Below are positions 40,209 through 53,111 of a stretch of 64,000 nucleotides of DNA, piece after piece. How positions within the stretch are numbered: the stretch's first letter is position 1; every line of letters begins with the position of its first letter. This DNA is from Octopus vulgaris (Eukaryota): the NCBI GenBank assembly GCA_951406725.2, contig OX597832.1, positions 8,990,001 to 9,054,000 of the forward strand. Reading direction: 5' to 3'. The notes beneath the pieces are model-generated. The model was not told where the DNA came from, ran no database searches, and saw nothing but the letters and a program-made list of their open reading frames with translations. Both the position numbers and the translations under genes were made by a program.

Positions 40209-41984
40209 TCTCTATCTATCTATTTAGATACTTTAGGTGGCTGAAACTGTCAACAACACTCTTGAATAAGAATAATGTACTAGCTCTGTAAAAAAGTATA
40301 GAGTAAAACATCATAATGATGTAAAATTGTTTTATTTTACCTGAGCATAAGGCACGGATGAGTTTGGCACATTTCTATTTGAACTATTACACTGATGAAT
40401 TGTTTATAACGACCAACTGCTTGTATTCATATAAATGCTACCCCTCCATCAAATCGACTTTACCTGTAGATTAGTACAAGCTTGCAAGAAATCACATGTC
40501 GAAATGATTACAAAACAAAGTGAAAATTTTTTCCCAAGATCACAACGTGCCGCATGAGACGTGAATCAAATTAATGATTTAGTGTTCGTGTGTGCAACAC
40601 ACTACTCACTAGCCTTTATAGAAGCAGTAAACACAGACGCGCGCGCACACACATAAACCTCCGCCAACACACAAACATACACATGCATAACTGAAAACGA
40701 CTTGTAGATAAAAATGCTACCGGCTGATTGCTCCGCATAATGGATACTACAAAATGTAATGCGTGCACCAGAAGAATGAGTACTATTTCTGGGACTTGCT
40801 CGCGACAGTATACTTGCCCACCGACTCCCCTAACTAAGATGAAGACCCGTCTACTAGATTAATTGGCTACTAATTTCACTCAATCTACTACTAGTCATTG
40901 CTCATCGTCTATTTCTAACCAAACACACTTCCAATCAGCTAAGATGAGAAGCCACAAGAGCTGTTGAAATCCTGTTAAAAATCCACTGTACTTGGATAGA
41001 AATAGACGATAATTCCATTTGGTTTAGAAGTAAATAAGTGAAGCCTTCATGTGAAGTATGCCACGAGAGATTCCACTTTGAAACAAAAACAATAGACAAC
41101 CTTGACATGTTAGCCGTACACAATTTTAGCATATCTTTGCTCAGCATTGTTCTACAAAATTAGGGTGTTGGGGAGATACTTCCCGAAGAATATTTCGATG
41201 TTAAGTCACCAATGTTATACGCGAGTCACTAATGTATGTCAGAAGCAATATCTCCCATGTTAGAGTTGTAACATAAAGTGTGTAGATATGAGTTTTAGAA
41301 GGCAGTTCATAGAAAGAACCCATTTTCAGTTATTTCTTAAAGACACATGAATAAAGAATATTCCGAAGGCAATTTTATGAAATAAAAAACATTGTAATTT
41401 ATTTAGTAGTGTAATGAGTGCTAGCAAATGGTAACAATTATTAATCTTGCATGTTAATGGGAACCAAATATATCTGTATGCGAGACAGGAAAACTCGCAT
41501 GTCTTACTATATACATTGATGGATTATGTGAAACAGTGGAAGCTGATATTAATCAGGTAAGTTGCGTGCAGTTGGTGGTGGACACAGAAAATGTGACATG
41601 TCGAAGAATGTAATGTTGCTTCTATACGATCAAATCTGCACCTGGTTTGAAACTGCCGCTTCTCTGCTGAAGTAAGTTCTTTCTGCTAAGGCAGATCATT
41701 ACCGTTTTATTAAAATGCCTCCAGCTCTGATTGCCTGGAATCTTCCACAGCACAACTGATCTATGCCACAGCAACAAAATAGATCTTTCTTGTCTCGCTA
41801 CAACATGATGGTTACATTTAGTACATATATAATTATATAAAATGATTATCAAAACCACATATGACCATATATCTAAACCTCTATAGAGTTAAGTGTGTTT
41901 TAGTTTCCACTAACCTTTAATATATTATAGAAGTAATATCCACTACTTTTTAACGTGATGAACAAATGCGATTGAAGTATATAT

Positions 41985-42172
41985 GCTTCATATTTTGGCA
42001 GAAGGCCAGCAATCACATGTGATGGGGCAAATCATTTACAACGACCCCAATGTCTGACTGAAGCTTAAACATGAAAGGCAGAGTCTACTTCAGCCTGAGA
42101 ATATAAACACGCATATAAACAGCTAAGCGTTTTGCTCGGCGTTCTAATCGTTCTGCCACCCTGCTGCCGTCG
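41985..42172 (-). mobile_element. Degenerate SINE family B
   Basis: cgaccccaatg, atgaaaggcagagtc and ctaatcgttctgcca..tgccg match family B. Confidence 0.6.
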
Positions 42173-43559
42173 ATTGAAATATAATATTGATGTCCAGATC
42201 AACTTATGATCTTACAAATAGTACCGAATATGTATTCTTCCAATCCTCAATGGTTGAGTCAATACACATTCAGTAATACGTATTACAAAGTGTGTCTTCC
42301 TTTCTTAAGACAGGAGAGTAATATTTGAGGAAATTTAGATACTACTTCTAGGTATTTTGCGACTGGGAAGAGGCCGCTTTATTGGCTTGGCAATACTGGT
42401 GATATAGTGGTTTAAATTCAATGACTGATATCTTTGTGTTGCAGATGTGTTGTATCAACGAATAATCGTTCGTTACTGCATGCATCCATCAAACTGTATT
42501 GCACATATTTAAGTAACACACTATTTCGAACACAAGTATAAGAATTATTCTAATGGAACACTGACGTATTCTCTTCCTACATAATTACTAGTTGATGTCA
42601 TCGTTGATTTTGCCAACAAAAGCTATCCCACAAATCCTTGACAACATTAAATTAAAATTCCTCTTAGTTGTGCTATCCATAGACAATATTTAAAATTATT
42701 TAAAATCCATAACTCTAAATCCATTTCATTCTCAACATGTCAAGCTAATTATAATATTTGAAAGTAATTAATGGTTACATCAATGCTATTTCGTTCACTC
42801 ATTCTTCTCCTATCGACTGCTTCGTTTAAAATCAGCATCACTGGTTGTAATTATAGTTAGAAATTCTCCGTTGATTCCATTCCAATGGACCCATCTGTGT
42901 AATAGGAATGTGAATTAACAGGAAATAGGAAACAGAACATATCTAATTGTCTTCAATGTCATTCACCTGTAAACCACGGTAGACCTTCTCGGCAGCTGTA
43001 TTTCATGCTTCATCAATACACATGGAAAGCCATCTTCTGCTTCAGTGCTCTGCGTTTCGTTGCTTCGTTGCGGTCTGTTATATTATGCGTCTTTTGCTTA
43101 TATATTTTTTTCTTATTTTTCAGTTATCTTTCTTTGCTGGATGTGGTTAAAAAAAACACTGAACTGACTTTAGTTATTATTTTCGCGTTTTCCACCATCT
43201 TCTTTTCACCGGTTTAATGAATTGTTTAAACATTGTAACATCATCATCTTTCTCATCCACCATTTCTACTACATGTCCTCTTTCTTTTACCTTCCACTTG
43301 ATCATTAGCATCATCATTATCATCGTCAGGATCATCATCAGCAGCAGCGACAGCGTTACCTTCATCATTCTTTTGATAACGTCCACCAAAAATCATCGCT
43401 GCTAATAAAAATACTGTCCTCCACCTTATCATCGTTGTCGTCGTCGTAGTCGTCATCATCAACATCATCAGCATCATCTATTTTTCTTTCCTATAAATTT
43501 GTTGCTGTTGTTGCTATTCTTCTTCTTATTATTATTGTTATTATTTTTATTATTATTAA

Positions 43560-43637
<78 letters not shown>

Positions 43638-43638
<1 letters not shown>

Positions 43639-45200
43639 GAGTGAGAGAATAGACCATACCATCTAATTGAATATGAGGTACAAATATATCGAGGCCGAAT
43701 ATACCCACGGTAACTACCCATCTCATAAGTGTATACCAGGCCCATGCATCACAACCATATGTGTAAGATTTTGTGATCTCATATCATGATAAACAGAGCA
43801 TGACGTACAGGTGGGGGTCCCTGTTAGAATTTTCTTCATGTGTTGTACCCCATCCTACCCAAAAGATTCCTCAATAACGTTTGTTTAAAGATGATGAATG
43901 AAATACCCATGTTTCCAGAGGTGAATAATTGGAACCTCAAAGAATTCCTCTTAGCACATGACTATGATGTCCCCTCACTACTTCTGTTCGTGATCTGAGA
44001 TCCTCATATTGTCAGCTACTAAGAGGCATGCTCAACTTCCGATTACCTTAATTACTATTGGTATCACGTCTACTCTCTTCTATGGCCATAAAATTTGTAG
44101 TTCCTACTTTAAATCGTTCTAGTCTTTAAAATTTTTCTTTAAAATTTTCACATTCATCATGTTGTCATCGAGGGCATTCTCTGTCGATAATCACATGTTC
44201 TTTCTGTTTTATTCACCACCACAATGTCGCTTTCCTATGCCTGGTCAGGTAATTACACTGGAACATTATATCCTACAGGATATTGCAATTTTCATTTTCG
44301 GTGATTCCTTCTGGGACTTATTCATAGCCAGTCTTTGCTCTTTGTATGACGTGATTTCCACAGAGCTCCCTATGGATAACTTTTGCTTGATTGTCATGGC
44401 GTCGTTTGTATTCCCGTTGCTCCAATTTCGGGCATTCGCTAACGATGTGCATACCGTTTCATTCCTCTCACTACACATAATGCATTTGTCGCTATCGGTA
44501 GTGTTGTCAATTCTGTAGTTCATATAATTGGCCCTTAACGCTTGTTCCTGTGCTGCGCATATGAGTGCTTCAGTCTTTATCTTCAGTTCACTCCTCCTCA
44601 TCCATAGCCATCGGTCCTCTGTATTTGTCTTCGCGTTCACATCTTTTGCAAACTGACCATATATCTTTTACCTCCTGTGCTGTTTTTTGCTCATTACTTG
44701 TTTAAATTTTTCTTTGGTTGCACAGTTTTCATTTCGGAGGACGCCTGCTTTCTTTCGTGTGTTTCAACACTGCCCTCCCCCCGGCATTTTTATATACAAA
44801 CCTTGGCTGATTTCCTCTGCTTCGATAGAGTCCTGCCAACTGACTAAAACTTCTCCCACCTTTTCTTCTGGACAAGTACAGCCTATCGATATCACTCTTC
44901 AAGGTTGAAGGCTCCGTGTACTGTCAACATTGTTCTGGTATGTTATCCATTTTCTTCATCTCTATTTTATCATTTCATAATTCCCGCTCAATACTGATGC
45001 CATCGTTCAAATATCAACTGCTTGGAATTTATTCCATTCAGTCAATTTTGAGCGCAGCGCCAATCTCAGTCTCCGGAAATACTCCATACTTAGTTGCTCT
45101 TTCATTTCGTTTATCATTATGATTGCGCTAGTGCGTGTTAATTTAAGTTAGAAGATATTTTACTTTCATATTTGGTGACAAGCATCTTCAAATCTTATGA
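43638..45200 (-). mobile_element. 5'-truncated R4/Dong-clade LINE ending in (AAT)n
   Basis: WLWMRRSELKIKTEALICAAQEQALR.NY..YRID....DKC.MC....ETV, REL motifs, the 3' UTR shared with 18345-18825, then (AAT)n at 43525-43637. Confidence 0.88.
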
Positions 45201-45974
45201 ATGCTTCTTAGGATTGTTGAAGAATACAGGACGATACTTTTCTTCAATTCAACAATGGGAGTTTCAATTATAAATTATTTCAATCTTTTAGGTGTCATTT
45301 TGTGTGTTGCACCTATTACCACAGGAATGGTTTTCCTTTTAATTATTATTAATGATTCCATCAATACAATGTTGCCATTTTGAAATATGAAGGAAATTCA
45401 TAATTGTGCACCTGCATGAATTTGTTACAGGATAACATTAAAGACGTTCTTAGTAAATAAATTAATAAAATTATTATTGGAACGCATTTGCCTCAATAAC
45501 ATTTACCTGTTAAAAAATATTGCGTTTTTATGCCCTAAGAATATTTCAAGATCCCCGTATTGCTATTTCTGAAACATGTTTGTGAGTGCATCGCATAAAA
45601 TACCTGGTAATTTTTACTTTTTCTACTCTATATTTTGAGTTGCAGTCATGCCGTAATGATCACCTTCCGACTGTGCCTCAAAGTGCGCGAACCTGTAACT
45701 AATATAGGAACAACATCTACGACAACAGCAGCAACAACAGCAGTAAGACGGATTACAGGAATGACACCAATAATTGCCACTACAACAACCAGAATAAATA
45801 ACGACGACTATGACGTCCACGACAAGAAGATTACTAGCAGCATTACCGTAGAATTTCCATGGTTATTTTGTAATGTATGTAAATGTTCACACTGAGAACA
45901 AGTGTAAACATTTAAAAGCACCAGCATGTCCGCAGCCTTTGGGCTGCTACACATAAGAAGGTAAAATTGACATA

Positions 45975-46455
<481 letters not shown>

Positions 46456-47130
46456 AATCTACAGCTATTTGCTAAGATTATTTCATTTTAATTTTGTCAC
46501 GTCACAATATCGATAACCAACCGTCTTTCTATGTCGTCTCTGTCAGTGGATATGGTAATCTGTAGAGATACTGCGAACATGTTATAACGAAACGGGTGTG
46601 CAGTAAAACATTTGCTGTATATTTTTAATATGCCATCATATTCTATTAAACTACGATTAAAATCATGTAACTACTTTCAGTCAGCACTCACTCGCTCACT
46701 CTCTTCATTCCATACCCTCTTTGCCTCCCCCTTTATTCTGCTCTCTCTCTTTCTGTCATTTCGTTCAGCAAACCAACCACACACTGTAATAACAATATCT
46801 TTCTCCTGGCACTCACAATCTTTACTCGTCAGATATTTAACACACTTTTTCTACACTGGAATATGATCACATGTTCCATATCCATAAGCATTTTGCTACA
46901 TATGTGATAGAGACTATATGCTTAATATAGAAAATTTGGGCATTTAATTGCGTGGAGCATATGGGAGAGGTAGAATGGATCACATACCATAAATTTTCAT
47001 ATATTTTATTTAAAATGCTATTTGAAAATATGCACTTATTTTGGAATTAATGTTCCTTAAAAATGATTTGTTCTATCGTCCCAAATATATATATATATAT
47101 ATCTGTATGTATATATATATATATATATAT

Positions 47131-47924
47131 ATCAACAATCAAGGAACGGCCATAATAGGCCATTCACCCACTAGAAATAACAGCCAAAGCTTCAACCGCA
47201 AATAAGAAATTACAGGGTAAATGTTTTTTAAATTTTCTCCTGGTTTACGGAATTAATTTTTATTTGCGGTTGAAGCTTTGGCTGTTATTTCTAGTGGGTG
47301 AATGGCCTATTATGGCCGTTCCTTGATTGTTGATGTTGAACTTAAAAATGGTCTATGACTATTTAATTTTTTCCCACTAGGCCGCTGGTGGCAAAGGAAT
47401 TCTACAAAATTTTTTTTGCCACCCTATATTGATTAATTATGAATTTTCTGGTTAATTCCGTAATGGAATCGACGGCTTATATTTATTTGCTGCCGATAAA
47501 TTTGGCGCGAATGCGACGATTTGAAAATTTTAGGTCAGATATAACCTTGGCAAGGTCGGAAATGCCTCGTGAAAATATCTGTTCCGACTTGGGCTATTTC
47601 TTACTGAAGAATCTGAGGGCCTTTGGAAGATTGGCTTGATTTAATTTAATCAGGTTAGTTTACCATTAATCAGCAGATGAAACGGTATATCGTATAAGAA
47701 ATTACAGGGTAAATGTTTTTTAAATTTTCTCCTGGTTTACGGAATTAATTTTTATTTGCGGTTGAAGCTTTGGCTGTTATTTCTAGTGGGTGAATGGCCT
47801 ATTATGGCCGTTCCTTGATTGTTGATGTTGAACTTAAAAATGGTCTATGACTATTTAATTTTTTCCCACTAGGCCGCTGGTGGCAAAGGAATTCTACAAA
47901 ATTTTTTTTGCCACCCTATATTGA

Positions 47925-47932
<8 letters not shown>
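47131..47932 (+). mobile_element. Retrozyme-like / non-autonomous Penelope-like insertion: 75-bp inverted arm + 492-nt monomer + 238-bp identical partial repeat, in (TA)n
   Basis: 47131-47205 is the exact reverse complement of 47260-47334. 47203-47440 is identical to 47695-47932. (TA)n on both sides. Confidence 0.9.
47596..47702 (+). ncRNA. Canonical type I hammerhead ribozyme, predicted cleavage after GUA at 47694
   Basis: Stem I ATTTCTTA/TAAGAAAT (8 bp). CTGAAGA at 47604-10. Stem II ATCTG/CAGAT. GAAA at 47679-82. Stem III (A)CGG-TATA-TCG(T), then A17. Confidence 0.9.
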
Positions 47933-47997
<65 letters not shown>

Positions 47998-48031
47998 TTA
48001 TATATATATGTATATGTATGTATGTATGTAT

Positions 48032-48207
48032 ATAAATGCAGTTAAACGCAGATGATATTCAAATTAGTTTACTTCTGACACATGTTTCGAAGACAATATT
48101 GGTATTATTCCAAAGGAATGAAATGATGTAATGATACCAATGCTGCCTTCGAAACATGTGTCGGAAGTAAAAGAATTTGAATAACACATGCGTTTAACTC
48201 CATTTAT
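48032..48207. repeat. Inverted repeat (~78-bp arms) containing the 3' half of an HHR
   Basis: 48032-48109 vs 48130-48207. CTTC-GAAA-CATGTG-TC at 48147-48162; the CTGANGA half is absent. Confidence 0.75.
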
Positions 48208-48431
48208 TTGTTTACATATATCATAGGAAATATTTCACACCAACCCGGTGTTTCTACCTTTACAAACAGGGTGTTACGTCCTTATTACTTGTGTGATTGT
48301 TTGCTGTCCTGGTAACTATTTTTACGTAGTAATTGTTAAGAAGGGAAATATAAATATACTCACATCCATTTTTTAAAGGTGTAGCGTTTATACTAGTCTG
48401 GATAGAATTGACATATCGGTTCCATCCTAGC

Positions 48432-48479
48432 AAAAACTGTCCGATGAACGGCAAAGGGAAACTCAGAGTAACAGGTTTT
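48432..48479 (+). ncRNA. Degenerate minimal type I hammerhead
   Basis: AAAACTGT-CCGATGA-(stem II eroded)-GAAA-CTC A GAG-TA-ACAGGTTTT. The element ends in (TA)n at ~48580. Confidence 0.55.
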
Positions 48480-48697
48480 GTTGAATTTCCTGCTGCTTTA
48501 AATAAAGCATATTACTCTACCACTGGTATTTGAGTACTCTTTTATCCACCTTGTTTCACATTTATGTGTTTACTCCGGTATATATATATATATATAAGTA
48601 ATAATATAGGGTGAAATTAATTAATTTGGAATAATCATTAATTTCACCAAGTAGATTTCGGCATGTAAAAGCCTCATTCGAGGAAAGTTTAAGTAAT

Positions 48698-49022
48698 ACT
48701 AAGTAATTAAGGGTTTAGCAACGATGTGCCTCACCACACACCGAAATTTAGAAATAGCAGTCAAAGAGTTATAGCTATTCTTTCTACTAAAAGGGAGATC
48801 TCAGTAAAACCACAGCACTTGAAAGGCAAACACAGACAGGCAAGAGAGGAAGAAATGACGGCAATCTATCATACAATTGCCTGTCTGTGTTTGCCTTTCA
48901 AGTGCTGTGGTTTTACTGAGATCTCCCTTTTAGTAGAAAGAATAGCTATAACTCTTTGACTGCTATTTCTAAATTTCGGTGTGTGGTGAGGCAAATCGTT
49001 GCTAAACCCTTAATTACTTAGT
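48698..49022. repeat. Near-perfect 146-bp inverted repeat with 33-bp spacer
   Basis: 48698-48843 vs 48877-49022, one mismatch. Abuts (TA)n. Confidence 0.95.
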
Positions 49023-49023
49023 G

Positions 49024-49091
<68 letters not shown>

Positions 49092-49716
49092 GGTATGTAA
49101 ACATGAATATGTGTATGCGTGAATGTGTGTTTTTATATATGTATATGCTTGAAAAAGTGACAATGAAGGATACATACTAGCGGGTGAAAAACACAAGTTC
49201 ATATTGATTGTTTCAAATACTACTGATATATTATTTTCGGAAACATTAAATACGGGTATATTTCCAGGCCAATTTTTCCCGTGCAAATGTCTGAATCAGA
49301 AATTTGAATTATAACAGATGTTAGAATAATATGAAGCAACATATAACGTAATACACTTTATTTCTGATGACATAGATATTTTGCTAACATATTTGGATCG
49401 ATATTAATTTATGTCTACTTCCAGTTAAATATGACTAATCTCTCGTTTTTGTCTCCTCATTGTATCGTTTTATGTGTATGCGACAATCTTATTCATATCC
49501 ATGCATATGTACAATCACACATGTACACACACATATATACCGCTGTGTGTACGGCTATATACTAGACTCCTCTCATGCTTACTAGACTCCTGTAGTATGC
49601 ATTGGACAGTCTGATATCTGGTGGATTCCAATAGTAGTGACCTTGTCACCGCCATCACACTTTTGTCGTCACTCTTCACGCGGTAAGCTCCTTCTACTAT
49701 ATCAGTTTTACCGTTT

Positions 49717-49911
49717 TGATGACGATGACGATGATGATGTTGATGACGATGATGATGGTGGTGATTGTGTTAGTGATGATGGTGATGATAATGATGATGA
49801 TGATGACAACGACTATGATGGTGTTGATGATGATGACGGTGGTGGTGGTGTTCTTGGTGCTGGTAAGGGTGGTAGTGATGATGGTGATATTGATGATGGC
49901 GATATTGATGT

Positions 49912-49972
<61 letters not shown>

Positions 49973-50190
49973 AAAGACTATGATGATGACGACGTTGGTG
50001 CTGATGCTGATGACGACGACGCCGACGACGATGATGATGTTGATGATGATGATGATGGTAGTGATTGTGTTAGTGATGATGGTGATGATAATGATGATGA
50101 TGATGACAACGACTATGATGGTGTTGATGACGATGATGGTGGTGGTGGTGTTCTTGGTGGTGGTGAGCGTGGTAGTGATGATAGTGATAT

Positions 50191-50228
<38 letters not shown>

Positions 50229-50320
50229 GTGATGATGGTGATGATGATGATAACGACTATGATGATGACGACGTTGGTGCTGATGCTGATGACGACGACG
50301 ACGACGATGATGATGATGAT
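49717..50320 (+). repeat. Degenerate (GAT)n block made of two ~300-bp tandem units
   Basis: gtgattgtgttagtgatgat, gacaacgactatgatggtgtt, gtgttcttggtg and gacgttggtgctgatgctgat each occur twice. Confidence 0.9.
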
Positions 50321-50544
50321 AAACGCTATCGGCTATAGCAGCCTTGACTTCTTCGACATGAACAAGAATATAATTGCTATTTTGTTATTCTCCATCAGCT
50401 TTCTACATTCCGTTCATCTGCCGTAGTTTCCTATTATTGCCTTTGTCGTCATCGATATATTACTACTATGACAGAATTGCAGACTATATGGCCAAACAAT
50501 GAGACGAAAAAGCCAAATTTACCCGAAAACCCAATATTCTGTAT

Positions 50545-50939
50545 TAAATATGGTTCGAGTAATACGGTAATCTATTTCTACTTAAGGATAGAAAAGTGGA
50601 TGGCTTTTCATGGATACTTTGGAAATTGGGTTGGCTCCATAAGGAATTATTTGAGGCTAAAATAGAGATACATCATCATCTGATTCAGCTTCATCGTCGC
50701 CGTCATCACAGTCGTCGCCATCGTCATCATGAAAATCATCACGTCTTCCTCTTTCTTGTCCTCCTCCTCCTCCTCCTCCTCCTACTCATCAACATCATCA
50801 TCATCATCAACGTTGTTCGAGCCGTGGTCGTCTCTGGGACCATCATCACCATCGTCGTCTTCGTCGTCGTCTTCATCATCATCATCAAGATCATCAGGGT
50901 CATCATCATTATCATCACCAGCATAATCATTCTCATCAC

Positions 50940-50992
<53 letters not shown>

Positions 50993-51235
50993 CTATCATT
51001 ATCATCATCGTCGTCATCAGCATCATTATCCTTATCATCATCAACATCGCCAGGGTCGTCCTAGACTTTCTTATCATAATCATCATCATCGTCATCATCA
51101 TAATCAACGTCCTCAACATCCTCTTCATCTTTGTCACCTTCATCATCGTCATGGTCCCCATCATCTTCATTATCATCATCTCACCAGCGCCATCGTCGTC
51201 GTTATGAACAAGCTCATCATCACTGTCATTGTCAC
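50545..51235 (+). repeat. Dispersed duplicate (unique 130 bp + degenerate (CAT)n), paralogous to 54315-54790
   Basis: tatggttcgagtaat, gaaattgggttggctccataa and ttatttgaggctaaaata are shared, about 80% by eye. Confidence 0.85.
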
Positions 51236-51447
51236 ATTTTATTGCTTCCCAACATGTATATCACCGTCAATGTGTCCATATACAGTGATATCTATTCGGT
51301 GATATTTAGTCACCTTGACATGTATTCGCGTTATTCCAATTCAATGTCCCCAACACAACGATGGTAATATAGTTATCATTATACGCATAGATCTCAACCT
51401 TTTTTTAGAGTTCAGTATCCTTTTCAAATAAAAGTCTATCACATCGG

Positions 51448-51771
51448 ATTCTTAAGAAGGAAACTAACAGACAAAGGAACACCGGTAAAAATTTCATCCT
51501 CCTTTTAATATTTGTTGTCCTTTTCAGTTGATACGAATCAAAATTTTAAAAAATCTAGGTAAATTATATACTACTTCTAAACGAGTACATCATATTCAGA
51601 ATTCCTGTGTCACATTGTAGACCCAAACAAATGTCATACAAGTGTGTATGTAAAGTCTATTTCTCTTTTAATTATTTCCCTCAGGAAACTACAAAATCGA
51701 TATAAGTGAAGAAAAACCACTAAGAATAGCTCTTTAAAGAAAAGGAAGTGAAAGAGAACGGTAAATTTAAT
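51448..51771 (+). repeat. 324-bp duplicate of 53112-53435 (~97% identical)
   Basis: About 10 substitutions counted, no indels seen. Confidence 0.95.
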
Positions 51772-51780
51772 TAAATCCAA

Positions 51781-51915
51781 ATGTCAAGTATAAACTTTTC
51801 GATTTGTAGCATATTTGTAGCTCACTTTGCTTCAGTACCACCAAGACTCTCTTTCTGCGAAAATATTCAGCAAATACACCATGCAAGATCTGTACATAAA
51901 TATTCTCATATGCAA
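51781..51915 (+). pseudogene. Possible truncated B-box-like exon start
   Basis: MSSINFSICSIF..SVPPRLSFCENIQQ/CKICT*IF resembles the diverged paralog after 53435 (VCYI..SIPP..YFCT*LLIH). Confidence 0.3.
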
Positions 51916-51974
51916 ACACACACACACATAAACATAACCATACGCATGCACACACATATTATAATAATAATAAT

Positions 51975-52180
51975 GAAATGTTTTGCGAAAGTCATGGGAG
52001 CTGTGTTGTTTTCTGTCTTTGTAAAGATGTCTTCGAGTAGTAGACAGGTGGAGTTTGAAAAGGTGCTCAGAGTTATTAACCATAGATGGTTAATACTTTT
52101 ATGTGTGTCTGCCAAGTCAGCTGCCAGACGTCGGAGTTTCAATGTATCTATGCCCAGGGAAGTAAGGCGTTCAGAATATT
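51975..52180 (-). mobile_element. CR1-clade LINE C-terminal fragment
   Basis: YSERLTSLGIDTLKLRRLAADLADTHK/NNSEHLFKLHLSTTRRHLYK.RKQ. Confidence 0.85.
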
Positions 52181-53111
52181 AGCAAATGCTCGCACACATA
52201 TAAACACATATACACAGACACACATACACACACACACATAAACACGCACGCACACACGCAAGTATATACATATATGTATATTTGTCTTGGCTATGACATT
52301 AAACAGCATCTGATGGCCAGGTTCATGAGTTTAGGTGTCGATGAGTGTGGACTCACCCTTTAATTGACTTTACAATTATATATGTAAGGTGGCGAGCCTT
52401 TCATCCCCTCAGGGTCGATAGATTAAGTACCACTTGCGTACTGGGGAAGATCTGGTGGCCCCCTGCCCGAAAAAGTCAGCCCTTGTGTCTAGAGTAGAAA
52501 AGATTAATACTCGGTCTGCCTGATCCAAAATAGTAATACGCGTCAGAGTCCTTTCTATGGGTTAAATAGATTTCCCAGTGGCAGAGAAGACCCGTGATAT
52601 TTTTCACAAACCCGTGAAGAAGGCAACACTCGTAGGTTAGCGGTAGATATATGCACTCAAGCATAGATAAAAATAAATCTGTATAATCAAGCTGAATGTG
52701 AGACAGCCATCACTCGATATGATGGGACTGCCATGTTGTATTTTGTGTGTGCGTGTATATGTGTGTGTAAGTTTGAGTGTTGTGTGTATTCATGTATTTA
52801 TATCTGTGTGCATCCGTGCGTTTATTTTTACATGTAGGTTGTAATGGACAGATATATATAGTAAATACTTTTGTGGATGTCCAGATATTTCACTCGTATA
52901 AAGTATATACCATATGGGATTACTAAGATAATTAAGCTTCTTCACCGTTTATAGTATGCCTCACAGAAGATGAAACAGAATAATTTAGAAAGTTTGAAGG
53001 CGTCTTGGGATTGCAGAATACCATTTCCTGTGTATCAGTAGGTAGTCGACGACTGAAGTTGTTCTATAAATGACTTTGTTGTTATAGAATTTAATAATCT
53101 ACAAGCGTCGA

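Noticed and set aside
41630-41800. Mariner-like ELEAF..QKELT remnant on the minus strand
   Set aside because: Too short and degenerate, with no TIR found, so it is not supportable.
47439-47639. 66-aa ORF inside the 492-nt HHR monomer
   Set aside because: No recognisable motif, it overlaps the ribozyme, and its length is within chance expectation.
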